Origin: Eledone cirrhosa
Taxonomy: Eukaryota
Direction: 5' to 3'
Assembly: GCA_964016885.1 (NCBI GenBank)
Contig: OZ024741.1
Span: 198,338,001 to 198,402,000, forward strand
DNA length: 64,000 nt
The notes below the pieces were generated by a model that made no database searches, was not told the origin of the DNA, and saw only the letters and a program-made list of their open reading frames with translations. Position numbers and translations under genes: made by a program. This document shows positions 1 through 15,239 of this stretch, one piece after another. Within the stretch, counting starts at the first letter, position 1. Each line of letters starts with the position of its first letter.

Positions 1-513
1 GAGAATCGTATTTCGGCTATTGGAAATTAGCGAAAAACAACTTCCGAGATGTGTGGCAAGCGCTCAATGAATTCTAACGAACCAGAGCTACAACATACGT
101 TAAAAGGCCAAACACACTGAGACGATGGTTAAACCATTATCCGCACAGCGATAGAAACGACCAAGTAATTCGGGTCAAACAAATAAAAAAATGTGATTGA
201 AAAATATGTATATAATTATATATTCGTGTACAAATATTTTTGTATACACAATAACAAAATATAAACTTTGTACCATAGCACAACAAATACATGTTCGGTT
301 TGTCAAATGCCTTTTTACTTAACCCTATCGTCTTGGCTTTCGTGGATTGAACATTTTACTTTCAGGCACCCAATTAAGTTAAACCCCTGGTAATCTACGA
401 TGTACTTTTTTTATAAGCACAAAATGTAGACGCCATCCCGAGGCCGAGGTATTCCGTACTTCTTTGTACTGTTTCAGAAAGGAGGGATAAACATGCCACT
501 CTATGTTTAGAAT

Positions 514-542
514 CCCGAGCAACGCCGGGCCATTCTGCTAGT
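514..542 (+). mobile_element. Helitron-like 3' terminus
   Basis: CCCGAGCAACGCCGGG hairpin followed by CTAG|T. An identical hairpin with CTAGT occurs at 28923-28951. The 5' end is not located. Confidence 0.7.
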
Positions 543-669
543 ATATATAACGTTGAAAGAGATAAAAGGCTGAACAATACAAAATGAATTGTAAGATGAG
601 GTAACGAAAAGTAAAAGTTACCTGGTAATCTTTGTTTTGTTTTGTCGTTATTCTTCTTCTTCTTTTACC

Positions 670-712
670 TGTCCAATATTTCGGGACATAAAAGTCCCTT
701 CATCGGGGTTTA
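670..712 (-). ncRNA. Degenerate hammerhead-like motif downstream of the Penelope-like ORF
   Basis: Minus strand reads CCGATGA-A-GGGAC(TTTTAT)GTCCC-GAAATATT. The core is mutated and stem I is weak. Related to 55484-55530 and 56590-56630. Confidence 0.35.
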
Positions 713-863
713 AGGAACCCTCAGTGGATAACGTTCCAATTTCCTCTCTTTGGGATAAAATTTTGATTTTGATTTAAATTTTTTCTAACTCGTTTTCAAG
801 CTTTCCACGTTAATGACGTCAATTGCCAATATATTAACGTGGAAAGCGAAGTGTCCATCGAAA

Positions 864-1060
<197 letters not shown>

Positions 1061-1276
1061 TTTGTTTGTTTCTAATTTAGAGATATGTGTATACATATAA
1101 AGATAAAAAGCACATAATATTTATGGAAAATATGTTCTTCAAAATGGAAAAGTTCCTGTGTACGCATTTTTGTCAAAAATATTATGTGCTTTTTGTGTGT
1201 GTACAAAATACTGTTTCTCAAAAGACATAAGGCTCTTTCTCACTCTCTCTATACATATATATAATAAATTATTGAA

Positions 1277-3285
<2,009 letters not shown>

Positions 3286-3529
3286 CTTTCTTTATTAACC
3301 ACAAGGGTTTACATAGAGTAGACATTAAGAACAGTACAGGACAATTCAGGGCGGTACAAATGGGCATTTCTGCGTGTAAAAAAACAAGAAACAGAGGATG
3401 TAATAATAGAACAATGAAAAAATTCCCCAATAGGGGGGAGACTTCCGAGGGACATTCGTGGAGAAAGCCCATTAAAAAGCCACAGTGACCATGACCACCA
3501 GGGCAAGTGCCCTCTCCCAGTTTTCCACC

Positions 3530-6500
3530 TTTAATTTCCAGACACATACTCAGAGTAGGCCCATTCACTCGGGCCATTCTTGCCTCTTTCACCCATCTTT
3601 CAACAAAATGATGGGAAGAGAGCACTTCCCTTTCTACCCTGAATTTCCTTTTCAAATGAAATTTGAAAAAGTTTATCAGGGCAGCACCGAAGAGGTAAGT
3701 GCTCGTCTTTAGCCCTTTCAAACGTGTCCACCGTACTATCTCGTTCGCCATGGCCACCAGACAGATAAAAACTGCCTGCCATTCCCGGCTAAAGGAAGAG
3801 GGCGGGGCAATCCTCACGATGGACTCAGCTGATAGCTGGATCCGTCCCACACGCGACAGCGGGTGTTCGACATAAACCCACAAGTCAGCAATGCTCGGAC
3901 ACTGGACGAGTGCGTGCAGGACGGTTTCGTTGCCCTGCGCGCATCTCGGACATGCCCGGCTGACAGCACCTCCATGCCTGTAGAGTTTATCCCGAACTGG
4001 AAAAGCTCCTGGGTAGCACTGCCAGGCCAGGGATTTCTGGAAGTTGTCCATAGGCCCCGGCCCGAAAGTTCTTCCGAAGAGATTGGCTAGTTGATTTTCG
4101 TCGACGCCTAGAGTTTCCCCAAGTACGTCGTCGCTCTTCCCCTCCACTAATCCTCTATAGAACGCCAAGGTGGAGTTTCTACCGATCACATTGCCCGATT
4201 GGTCGAGGACTGTGAGCGCCTGAAGACATTCCAGTCTCCAGGCGCTCCCTCTCGGTCTTCGCTTGACCCAGGACTGCAGCTCCGTCAAGGAGACGAGCTG
4301 AGGAAAGACGTGTCTAGCAAACGGAGACCACACCTGATCACCGTCGAGGAAGAGGTGGAGATGTCGTAGCCTGAGGGCGTGTCTGCGCATCATCATACAC
4401 GGCATTCCCGGCCCTCCACGTAGCGGCTGTTGACAGCAGATGGACCGCCTGACCATCGGAGCGCGTCCCTTCCACAAAAAGCGAAAGAGCAAACCCTCCA
4501 GCGCAGTCAGGCGGTGCTTAGGACAAGGTACGACGGTCAGGCGGTAGTAGATGACGGACGCGATATACGCGTTAGCCACCTCCGCTCGACCTTTCACGGA
4601 TAGCTTCCTCTCGGCCCATTTCTGGGTGAGAGAAGCCACTCTGCTCGTCACCTCGTCCCAGTTTTTGTCCGTCTGGAGATCCGGACCGAACCAGACCCCG
4701 AGCAATTTAACTGGTCCGTCCGTCCAGTGCCCGACGACGCTGTTGGACGGCATGGACCTGCCTCTCCAGGTGCCGAGCTGCAGGCCCACTGACTTTTCCT
4801 GGTTGATCATTGCTCCTGTCACCGCTTCGTATTCTTTTAGTGTAGTACCGATCGCCTCGATGTGTTTGGCGTTCTACACCACTACGGTGACATCGTCCGC
4901 ATATGCTGACACGGATCTTCCGCATCCTAGTTCGCGCGGGACCCCCTCAACGTCTCCAGTTTGTGCAGTAATGGCTCGAGAGTCAATACGTACAAGAGGG
5001 ACGAGGGGGGACATCATTGGCGGACCGAGCGCATGATGTTGAACGGTTCCGAAAGGTGACCGTTCACTCTCACCACAGAACAGATGTCGCTGTGCATGGC
5101 AGCGATCCAGCCTCTGAAGACAGGCCCAAAGCCAGCCGCCCTCAGGACTGCCGCTAGGTAACGATGGTCGACCCTATCGAAAGCTTTCGACTGATCTAAA
5201 TTGATCAAGGACCCACCCGTGCCAGCTTCCCTAACTACCCTCTCTACGATGTATCGCATGAGGTGGAGGTTGTCGTGGATGGATCTGTCGGGAATGGCGC
5301 ATGTCTGCTCCGCTCCCCCCAGACCACCAACCACAAGCGCCAACCTCTTTGCTAGCACCTTGGCCAAAATCTTGAACTCTGTGTTTAGCAGAGTTATGGG
5401 TCTAAAATTATGTATGTTATCCCCCTTGTTCGGATCCTTTCTCAGCAGCACCACAGCTCCTTGGTTCACAGAGCTGGGAATTCTCCCGTTCTGTTGCCAG
5501 TTGCAGTAGACGTCCGCCAAGAGGCCTCCGAACAAGTCTGGCATCTGTACGTAAAGTTCATAGGGCAGACCATCCAAACCAAGCGATTTACCCCTTGTGC
5601 AGCTAGTCATTGCCTCCCGTACTTCAGCGGCTGTTATCGGCTTTTCGCAACACTCCGCCTCAGTGGCCGAGAGCCGCGGCAGTCCGTCGAGGTAGACACT
5701 AAATTCCATCCCTCGATTCGGCCCGCCACTGCACCCGAACAACTGAGCGAAGTGTCGCTGAAAAGCTTCACACATTTGCCCGGGATCGAGTAGCATGCGC
5801 CCGTCGTGGTCCACCAAAGACCAGATCGTGGCTTTGTTGCCACGACGCGTCTCCGCCACTCGGGCCCATTGAACGGCTTTCGTTCCCTCATGTCTGAGAG
5901 CACGCACCCTAGCTCTGACAACGCAGCCTTCGTGCTTTGCATTGAAGAATTGGTCAAGGGCCAATTTCGCCGCAAGTACGTCGGTCGCGATGCCTTTGCT
6001 AAGCGCCTCGTCTAATTTTCTAACAAATTCTCCCCCTGCTCTATTTTTCTCTATTGCTAAAGCCTTACTAAACCTAATGGACTCTATTCTAATTGCTCTT
6101 TTCAGAGCAAACCACCACTTGTTGTTGACGATGGCACCCATCAACGCCCGCTTAACTAGTTCGCTAATCCGGTCTCTGTAGGCCTTGCGCGCTGGTAAGG
6201 ACGCGTTTAGCTTCCAGTAGCCGGGTCCTCGTCTATGAAGCCTATCTAAGTCAAGCACACAGATCACGAAATTGTGGTCCGTGTAGCTGACTATCTTGCA
6301 TTGTGGACAGCCTATGCTAGACCTATCTATTTCTCTACAAAATACTGTATCTAGATATGATCTGGATGACCCTATGCGATTTGTCCAAGTCCACATTGGC
6401 ACATTCGTGAAATCCAATCGGTACCTGTCAGACAGTTCAAAACGCCTGAGCAGGTTGGTGAGGCTCTTGCACCCTCCTCCCCTATCCGCTAATCCCACAC

Positions 6501-6954
6501 AGTCCCAGCGTGCATCTAAGATCCCGTTCCAGTCGCCCACTAACACTAAAGAGCGGGACGTTCCAAGAAAGGTCTCCAGACGCCGGAAGAAATCAGGCCG
6601 CCCTGCTCCTGTCGAGGCATAGACGGCCACTAGCCTGAAAGCTTGCCCGTTTCCGCTGGTCACGTTTAGCACCACTAACTTACCTTCTGGGTCCAGGAAG
6701 ATGGCCCGTATGGCGAGATCCAAACCTCTCCGAAAAAGCACAGCAACTCCTCCCCCCGATCCCGGACGGCTGAGAGATGCGTAAACATCGTAGCCGCCGA
6801 AGATCGGTGCGAAGGCCCGTGCTTCGGAGATTCTGGTCTCTCTGATGGCCACTACATCTATGTTTAGTGACCTGAGGTCGTTGAGCAGGTGGCCCTGCTT
6901 CCTTGACGACCCCAAGCCACGCTCATTTATGCTGCCTATTCTGAGTGAGGTCAT
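3530..6954 (-). pseudogene. Tx1 copy 1 ORF2 (APE endonuclease + reverse transcriptase + zinc motif), frameshifted near 4850-5020
   Basis: GDWN, YLD, TDH (APE); FRPITLLN, LDQSKAFDRV, AYADD (RT); CPRC...ETVLHALVQC. Confidence 0.92.
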
Positions 6955-8565
6955 GTTGAAATGGAGTGGAAAAGATGGGCAAGACCACTTATCTTACTTC
7001 TCGTAGAGGAAGGATGGTTTTTTCCATCCTTTTCACTGCTTGTGGCCTCCTCCGGAAGGATGTCCTTATAAATCCTCCTGGAGAGTGTTTGTCGGAAGTC
7101 TCCGATGTCTTTGGGGAATTTTTGTTTTAGTGTTGTGTACGTTTTCTGTGTGATGCGAGTGATTTGTATGTGTGGAGGTGGTGTGAACTTTTGGGTTGTT
7201 GTGTAGTCTTTTTCTGTGATGCTGGTGTTGTGTTGCATGTAGTGTAATAATTGGTTGTTGTTCAAATTTAATGCAGTGTAATGTGTATCGTTTTGGTTGT
7301 TTTGTTTTGTTTGCGTTTGTTGTGGGTTTGTTTTTGTTACGCTTTTTGGTGACTTTTGTGGTGTTGGTGATGGTGGTGTTGGGGTTAATGATGGTGATGG
7401 TGTTGGTGTTTGGGGTGATGGGGTTGGTGATGCTGGTGTGGATGGTGGCATATCTGTCTTAACTTTCTTGTTTAATAATTTATTTGTTTCCCTCTGTATT
7501 TTGTTTTTGGAGGGGGAAGGAAGAGAATTTTTTCTTTTTGGGTTTCTTTTTTTCTTTTTTCCTGATACCGTTTCCCACTCCTCGTCGTCACAATCTGTCT
7601 CCAGTTGCGATAAGCCAGGGAGTGGAAAATCCTCCACAGGCGTTGGTTTGGGGTTGTGGCGTGGTGGATGGTGTAGGCGATGGTGCTAGTTCTGGCGCGT
7701 TGGGTGGTTGTGGTGTTGGTTTTGCTACTGTTGCTGTTACAGTTGCTTCTGTTGTTGCTGCTACAGTTGTTGCTGCTATTTCTGCTGGTGGTGGTGTTGA
7801 TGGTTGAGTCACTGGGGTGGGTAAGAGAGGTGGCCTCAACCTTTTAGCCTGAGGGCAGAAAGCCCTTAGGTGGGTTCCTTCAGCACAAACGACACACCTA
7901 GGTCTTCTGCCCTCGACGATTACGGTGAGGTGGCTGCCGTCAGTGAGGTCTATTACCTCTGGGATCTCCTCAATGCTTTTATGGTCCGCTTGGATCAGGA
8001 GCTCCATCCCAGATCCGGACCAGTTCTCCTGCTTTTCTTTTGCTATTTCTATTATTTTGGTGTTGGCCTCGATGCCGGCGAGGGCGGCAGCCATTAGCCA
8101 GGGAATTTCGATGGCCGGTGGAACGTGGGTCACCCTGATCTTCACAAGTCTCTGGCCACAATAGCTTGGGATGAGTGTGAAGTCGTCACTTCTTAATGGG
8201 GCCATGGAGTCTTCTCTGGCCTCCTGTGGTGTTTCAAAGAACACGTCCACGGTTCCATACTTCTGCCCACGTCTGATGTGGGGGGTTTTTGCCCACACAT
8301 ATCCCAAAGCTTTTGGAATTTGGGACTCGGATGCCCGTTCCACTCGGCGCGATTTTATGTTAATTGTCCGATAAGACACGGTGCATAGGCGACGTTGCTC
8401 CATTTTATTAGGTGGGGGGGGGGGCTGACCCTGTACCCATCTTTCTTTACCATTCTTTTGGCTTCTTCTAATTCCTCCAGTGTTGGAAAACGTAGCAATA
8501 TTTACAATGGTGGTGTCGGTGTGAGGTGTTGGATTGTGAGGAAGGGGTGACTCTGCGTCATCCAT
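6951..8565 (-). pseudogene. Tx1 copy 1 ORF1 (CCHC zinc knuckle, Pro/Thr-rich linker, basic patch), frameshift near 7600
   Basis: ORFs 7588-8565 (VEGRRPRCVVCAEGTHLRAFC) and 6951-7637 (WETVSGKKKKR). The stop overlaps the ORF2 ATG (ATGA). Confidence 0.82.
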
Positions 8566-8780
8566 TATTTTTCAAAGAAAAATTTTTGTTTGATAATTAT
8601 AAAAAGTTAAAATTTTGGGCTCAAGGCCCCAATATTTTTGAGCGTCCTTTTCAGAAATCAATGTATGTGCACTTATATACAGTTAACAATAAAAATTTTC
8701 CATGAATGGCAATTTTAAACAACTGTAAATAACAAACCTTTGCGGAGCTCATGATGATACGATTTACTACGTAGGTCGCA

Positions 8781-8797
8781 AATAATAATAATAATAA

Positions 8798-8828
<31 letters not shown>

Positions 8829-8902
8829 AAGAAGAAGAAGAAGAAGAAGAAGAAGAAGAAGAAGAAGAAGAAGAAGAAGAAGAAGAAGAAGAAGAAGAAG
8901 AA
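8781..8902. repeat. (AAT)n + (GAA)n compound microsatellite
   Basis: Direct reading; forms the 5' flank of Tx1 copy 1. Confidence 0.97.
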
Positions 8903-9399
8903 TACGCACATGGTGGATAGAGTGTTATGGAATCACTCCCGTAAGTTTTTGATTTTTTACATATTTAAAATAATTGTGATAGAATAATTCTTATTACAAA
9001 TGGGACATAAGGCAGCAGTCTTATCTCTCTCAGGAAGTGACAACACATAACACTCTGGCATATGGCTCAAATATTTAATTTTGTATCAGAAATTTTATAG
9101 TAAAAAAAGAAAATGGTTACAAATTGTCACAAATGGAAGAAAACAACAGCCAAATAATTTCGCCACCAACACCACTACCACAAAATTTAGCTAGAAACAA
9201 ACCAACAGCAGCAACAGTACTACTACCCCATCACCACCGTCACCACTCCATCATCGCTACCATCACTATTTCCTCACTACCTCCTGGAGATGCAAGGTAG
9301 TAGTAGTACCTAGAAAGGAGATAGCTACCAAAAGATATAAATAGACTGATTTAGTGACCCGGTCAAACATAGCCAACAACAACACCATAATAATAATAA

Positions 9400-12300
9400 T
9401 TATTGTCGTTAAATCTCTAAACTCTCTCAAAATGTTTAGTTGAAACGATGTCAAATAATTGTTTCTACGTTTGGCACAAGGCCAGCAATTACCCAGTGCA
9501 TACTGGTACTTTATTTTATCGACCCCGTAAGGATGAAAGGCAAAGTTAACCTCGGCGGAATTTGAACTCAGAATGGCAAGGGTCGTAACTCTATACGTCA
9601 AATATGGCGTCCGACCCTCTACCAATACTGCCAATCCACCGTCAAATAATAACGATGAAAAGGAGACTGGAACGTCATGTGACAGACTCTCACCCAGCAA
9701 GTACTCCCTGGCCCAGCAGCAGGGACCTGGATATCATCCAAATAATGCTGGAATTGGGGGAAGAAGAAGGAAAGGGACAAGAACCAACTGGACGAAAGAA
9801 TTGAATAGAACTGTCATGAAATGTTACCTGAAGAGTAACCCATGGAAAAAGGCTATAGGAAACGGATGCATAACATCTGGAACGAGATTGCTCTATTTAA
9901 ATTAGATGAACAAAGATTGGCCGGGCAGGCTCGGGTAATAAGTACTAATGGATGGATAAGCGAGTTGGAACTGGAGGAACTGAGCAAAGGGATTAAGTTG
10001 GAAATGGAGAGTGGAATATGTCAGGCAAACGAGCCAGTGGGAAATGAAGGTGAAGAGGTTGAGAGACCTGAGGAAGCACCCGAAGCAGATAATGATCTGA
10101 ATGCTGAAATAAATAACATCTGGAACAAAGATACGGCTATTGAGGAAATGAATGCTGACAGGCTAGGGCAAGATTTGGTTGATATCCTGAACTTAGTGGT
10201 AGATGAAATGAACAATGATAGTGGAAAACCTATGAACCTAAGATTTGTAGACAGGAAAAAGTTAAAAGAAACAACAGCTAAGGTAAACAAAGTCATCCCA
10301 TACCTTGAGGCGAGGAGGCTTCACCAGTGCAACAATATACTCAAAGCAACAGCAAATGCGGTGAGGAAATTACTTGGCATAAAAACGAGAGGATACAACA
10401 AACAAGAAAGATCAGAACCTTGGTGGAAGAAACGACTGAATGTCAAATCAAGGAAATGAGAAAAGACATTGGAAAGCTTGAGTCCTTACTGAATGGGACT
10501 TTACAAAACATTGACACTAAAGATAGATTGGAAATAAAATATAAAACTAGGGGGAAAAGGCTAAATATTATCATAGAGGAACTGAAGCAACGCATTGTAG
10601 CAAAAAGTGTAAATATTAGGCGGTATGAGAACAGAGTTAGTCAGTATAGACAGAATTGCATGTTTGAAACAACCAGATGTTGTTTGGACAGCTTGAAGGG
10701 AAAGAAAGAGGCAATGACGTGATCCCTGAGGTGGAACAGACTAAGACATTCTGAAGAGGAATATGGGAGCAGGATGTTGAGCATAATAGTCAGGCAGTGT
10801 GGATTGAAACAGTTCACAAGGAGATTAGTGAACAAGCACACCAACAACCTGATTTGAGTATCACAGTTGAAACTCTTAAAGGGCAGGCCAAAAAACTAAC
10901 CAACCCAGATGGTGTGCAAGGGTATTGGATTAAAAATATAACATCCCTCCACCCGAAACTGACAACCATGTTCAATGGCTGCTTGATGTCGGATGAAGTA
11001 CCAGAGTGGTTGACAAAAGGTACCACAGATCTGGTAATAAAAGACCGAATCAAGGGTAATGATGTTACCAACTATAGGCCTATCACATGTCTATCCGTAA
11101 TGTGGAAACTGTTAACAAGCATTGTGTCTGAGGAAATCTACCATCACCTCCACATAAACAACTTGTTACCGGACGAACAGAAAGATGCTGAAAGAAGTCC
11201 CATGGTACAAAAGACCAGTTACTTATTGATAAGATGGTAATGAGGAATTGCAAGAGGAGGCACACTGGTCTTGCCATGGGATGGATAGATTACAAAAAGG
11301 CATTCGACATGGTACCTCATTCTTGGATAACCAAAAGCCTAGAGATCTTCAATGTGGCAATGAGCAAAAGTATGAAGTCCTGGGAAACAGAGTTAACATC
11401 AGGTGGAGAATCCTTGGGAGGCGTGAAGATCAAGAGAGGTATCTTCCAGGGAGATAGTTTGTCCCTTCTGCTGTTTGCTCCTTCCCTGATGCTCCTGTCC
11501 GTTATATTGCGAAAAGTGAGAGCAGGATACAAGTTGGGAAGAGGAGAGCTTACCATCAACCACCTCATCTTCATGGATGATCTTAAACTCTTTGGGAAGA
11601 GTGAGAAGGAGTTGGATGTACTTGTTGACACTGTCCGTATTTTCAGCAATGATATATGTATGGAATTTGGTATTAATAAGTGTGGAGTCCTAGTGATAAA
11701 GAGGGGTAAATTGAGCAGAAGCAACGGAATCCAGGTACCAACAGGTGAGATGATAAAGGAAATTGACACTGAAGAAGGATACAAATATTTAGGTGTTCTG
11801 GAGGCAGATGACATCAAGAACAAAAAAATGAAGGAATTGATAAGATCTGAGTACATAAGGAGAGTAAGGGCGTATTAAAATTACATCTAAATAGTAGGAA
11901 TGTCATAAGTGCAGTAAATTCCCGAGCTGTGTCTATTATTAGGTACAGTGCAGGAATTCTGAAATAGAATGTTGCTGAACAAAAAGAAATGGATAGGAAG
12001 ACTAGGAAGCTATTGACTATCTACAACATGTTCCACAAGAGGAGTGATGTCAATAGACTCTACTTAAAAAGATCTGAAGGTGGAAGAGGTCTTATCAGCA
12101 TAGAGGACTGTGTTCAGATGGAGAAAAACAACTTGCACAAATATGTGGTTGACAGTAGGGAGCCAATGCTCAAAATTGTACTGAAGGAGAAGACAATAGG
12201 CCAGGGGATGTCCAAGGAGGAAGAGCAACCTTCATAGCATCTTCTTTTAGAAAACGGAATTTAGAGATCCACAGACATGGAACTGGTTAAAAAGAAGAGA

Positions 12301-13083
12301 CCTTAAAAAAGCTACAGAAGGAATGCTAATGGTTGCGCAAGAGCAAGCCCTCAGAACGAAGTGGGTGAAACACCATATTGACAAGGAGGAGGCTAGCTCA
12401 CTGTGTAGGATCTGTGGAGAGAGAGAGAAGACTGTCGCTCACATTGTATCCGAGTGTAAACACCTAGCCCAGACTCACTATAAAGGCTGGAGACATGATG
12501 TGATAGACAGGGTGATCCACTGGAACCTATGCAATGTAAATAATTTACCACATTCTGAGAAGTGGTATGAGCATAAGCCAGAGTCGGTGATAGAAAACGA
12601 TCAGGTGAAGGTGCTGTGGGATTTTAGGATACAGACGGACAGAAAATTAGAACACAATAGGCCTGACCTGGTGGTTTTGGACAAGGGAAAAGATCGTGCC
12701 TGATTGTAGATGTAGCCTGCCCATTTGACACGAGAGTGCAAGAAAAGGAGAGGGAGAAAATTAACCGATACCAGTATTTAAAGTGGGAGTTAAAAAGCAT
12801 TTGGAACTGCCATGAAATCAAAGTCGTCCCGATTGTCATAGGCGCACTAGGTACTATCTCAAAGAGTTTCCAAGGATGGTTAAAGAAGATTAGTCGAGCC
12901 CCGCTTTTTGGAACACTTCAAAAGTCATGCTTGCCAGGAACAGCAAGAACCCTCCGATACGTCCTGAATGTCTGAGGCTGCAGGTAGCGGCTTGATATTC
13001 ATTTCAACAAACGTTTCAGTTAAATAACATCAATGACTGAGACTCCATGAACAATACTAATAATAATAATGATAATAATAATC
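9400..13083 (+). mobile_element. R4/Dong-like LINE (RT + restriction-like endonuclease) copy A, full length but frameshifted
   Basis: [36 protein letters not shown]...HIVSEC, RHD, RPDLVV; (TAA)n at both ends. Confidence 0.9.
9460..9640 (-). mobile_element. tRNA-derived SINE (Meta-domain-like family A) inserted at the start of the Dong-like ORF
   Basis: B-box-like GAGTTCAAAT; central GCCTTTCATCC...GGGGTCGATAAAATAAAGTACCAG; flanking repeat GTCAAATAAT at 9450-9459 and 9641-9650. Confidence 0.88.
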
Positions 13084-13112
13084 TTTAATCTGTTATTTAT
13101 ATATATATATAA

Positions 13113-13180
<68 letters not shown>

Positions 13181-13252
13181 ATTGCTCCAAAAGTAATGGT
13201 TGTATTTTAAAGGGTACGTCAAACCTATTTGTAAAACTGTTATATATTGTAT

Positions 13253-13312
13253 TTTATCTGATGAAGGCATACCATAATTTAATGTGGTATCCCTGAAATA
13301 TGTATAATGAAA
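13253..13312 (+). ncRNA. Degenerate minimal hammerhead ribozyme motif
   Basis: CTGATGA, a long stem II (AGG-C-ATACCATA/TGTGGTAT-C-CCT), then GAAATATGT. The cleavage-site nucleotide appears to be lost. Confidence 0.5.
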
Positions 13313-13353
13313 TAAATATGGTTTTATAAATATAGTTTCCATTTATTAATATC

Positions 13354-13390
<37 letters not shown>

Positions 13391-13395
<5 letters not shown>

Positions 13396-13559
13396 GTGGT
13401 TACACAACAGTTAGTTCACCATACCGAGAACAATTGTTTCACCTTAGCGGAACAATTGTTTTCGGTATGGTGAACTAACTGTTGTGTAACCACTTCTACC
13501 TAACTCGTCCCATGGACTGAGTGCTCTACCACTACGGATATTACCTTCCAGTGTTGAAC

Positions 13560-13562
<3 letters not shown>
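13391..13562 (+). mobile_element. Fold-back element A (about 108-bp palindrome + ACTC/GAGT hairpin tail) in (TA)n
   Basis: Arms 13391-13441 and 13449-13498 are reverse complements; ACTC at 13503, GAGTGCTC at 13519. Confidence 0.8.
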
Positions 13563-13643
<81 letters not shown>

Positions 13644-14903
13644 GAGATGTCCTACACGAGTGAAAGCATAAGGAAAAGAAATCGAAAATCCAACTGGAGT
13701 CTTTTTAAGGATATTTATTTGTTTCCTTTACCGGTTTCACAGTTCTTATGCTTTTCAAAAGTAGAATTGAGATGGAGGGTTTGTTGTTTTTCTCGCATCT
13801 GGTTGGTGTTCGAAAGTTATTTCTGTGTTATGTGGAAAGAGTGGCTCGAATTGATGGGGGGGGGGGGTTATAATTTGGTTGGTTGATGACTATCTCGTGA
13901 ATAAGTACAATAAATTTCGCGCCAGTTTGCGTTACAAAGTTCTTGTCGTATTTGCCTTTAAATTGTTGTTGGGCTCAAATTGTTTTGTTTTTTTTATAAG
14001 TGTAATTTGGTTGGACTGTCACGTGAATAAATACATCAAATTTCGCACCAGTTCGTGTTTGAGGGTTCTTTATTGCTATTTTCACAGTCATATGATTGTC
14101 CAGATAATATAGGCGGTTTGTGATAGAGAGTTTTGTACCAAACAAAAGATAATAGTAAAGAAAAGGGAGGGGGGGGGATCTTTCTGGTTCAGTGAGTATG
14201 GCTGATGTGCTATATTTGCAAACAAGCAAGTAGGATCGTCAAACACACAAATCCGAACGCATACACACCCAGAACAAGCGCAAGCAATCATCGAATGCCT
14301 TATACGTAAATAATACACTCAGAAAACAAAACCAACAATAAACAAAATATCTAGTTGTCAAAACCATTGGATTCCAAACTCGTCATAAATATATTTGTAA
14401 AAACAAAGCCAATCATTTATATATCCCAACCTCTAACCCGCTCTAAATATGAGTATTAGGAAGACGGACTTTTTCAAGCTGCAGCCGTTAAATTATGCCG
14501 TTTCTGTGTAAGAATAGACATTAAACAATATCTATTATTACCTGCAGCGACTATAACCCCATTACTTAATAGGTCTTGGTTCCACCCTCGCCCGTATACC
14601 CTTAACATTAAACCCTCAAATAATCCCCTAAGAGGACGTGATGTCGCGCATCGGGAGGCCCAAGTTTCAAATAAACATAAAATACATACTCGAATGTAAA
14701 ACATAATTACGATTAGATAAAATACTAAGGTATTAAAGAAGAGAGCGAAATGATTCCATAATCTAAAAACCAAAATAAAAATAAAGAAAATACCCAAATT
14801 ATTAAGAAATAAGCGAAATGAATCTATGATGAAAAATATAAATATATCAGAAAATACTATAGCAAAAGGCGACACAAAATATATAAATTTCAGTGACATT
14901 ATT

Positions 14904-15090
14904 TGGATTGGCAGTATTGGTAGAGGGTCGGACGCCATGCTTTGACGCAAAGAGTTACGGCCCTTTCCATTCTGAGTTCAAATCCCGCCGAGGTTAACTT
15001 TGCCTTTCATCCTTACAGGGTCGATAAAATAAAGTACCAGTAATACACTGGGTAATTGTTGGCCTTGTGCCAAAAGTAGAAACAATTATT
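14904..15090 (+). mobile_element. SINE family A copy
   Basis: Same sequence family as 9460-9640; ends AGAAACAATTATT. Confidence 0.88.
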
Positions 15091-15239
15091 AATATACAAC
15101 ACACGTAATATATACACTTAAATGTAAACCACAATTAAGATTAATTAAAATATGACACATATCTACAAGCATAAAATATTCAACCACGTAATCAGAGAAT
15201 AGCAAAAGATTAACGAGATAAGACTTAGCCCCCTGGATC

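Noticed and set aside
9573-9905. SINE-LINE chimeric ORF as a functional fusion
   Set aside because: The flanking duplication shows a simple SINE insertion at the LINE start codon; copy B lacks it.
11317-11856. Long antisense ORFs over LINE RT regions
   Set aside because: Shadow frames with no recognisable motifs.
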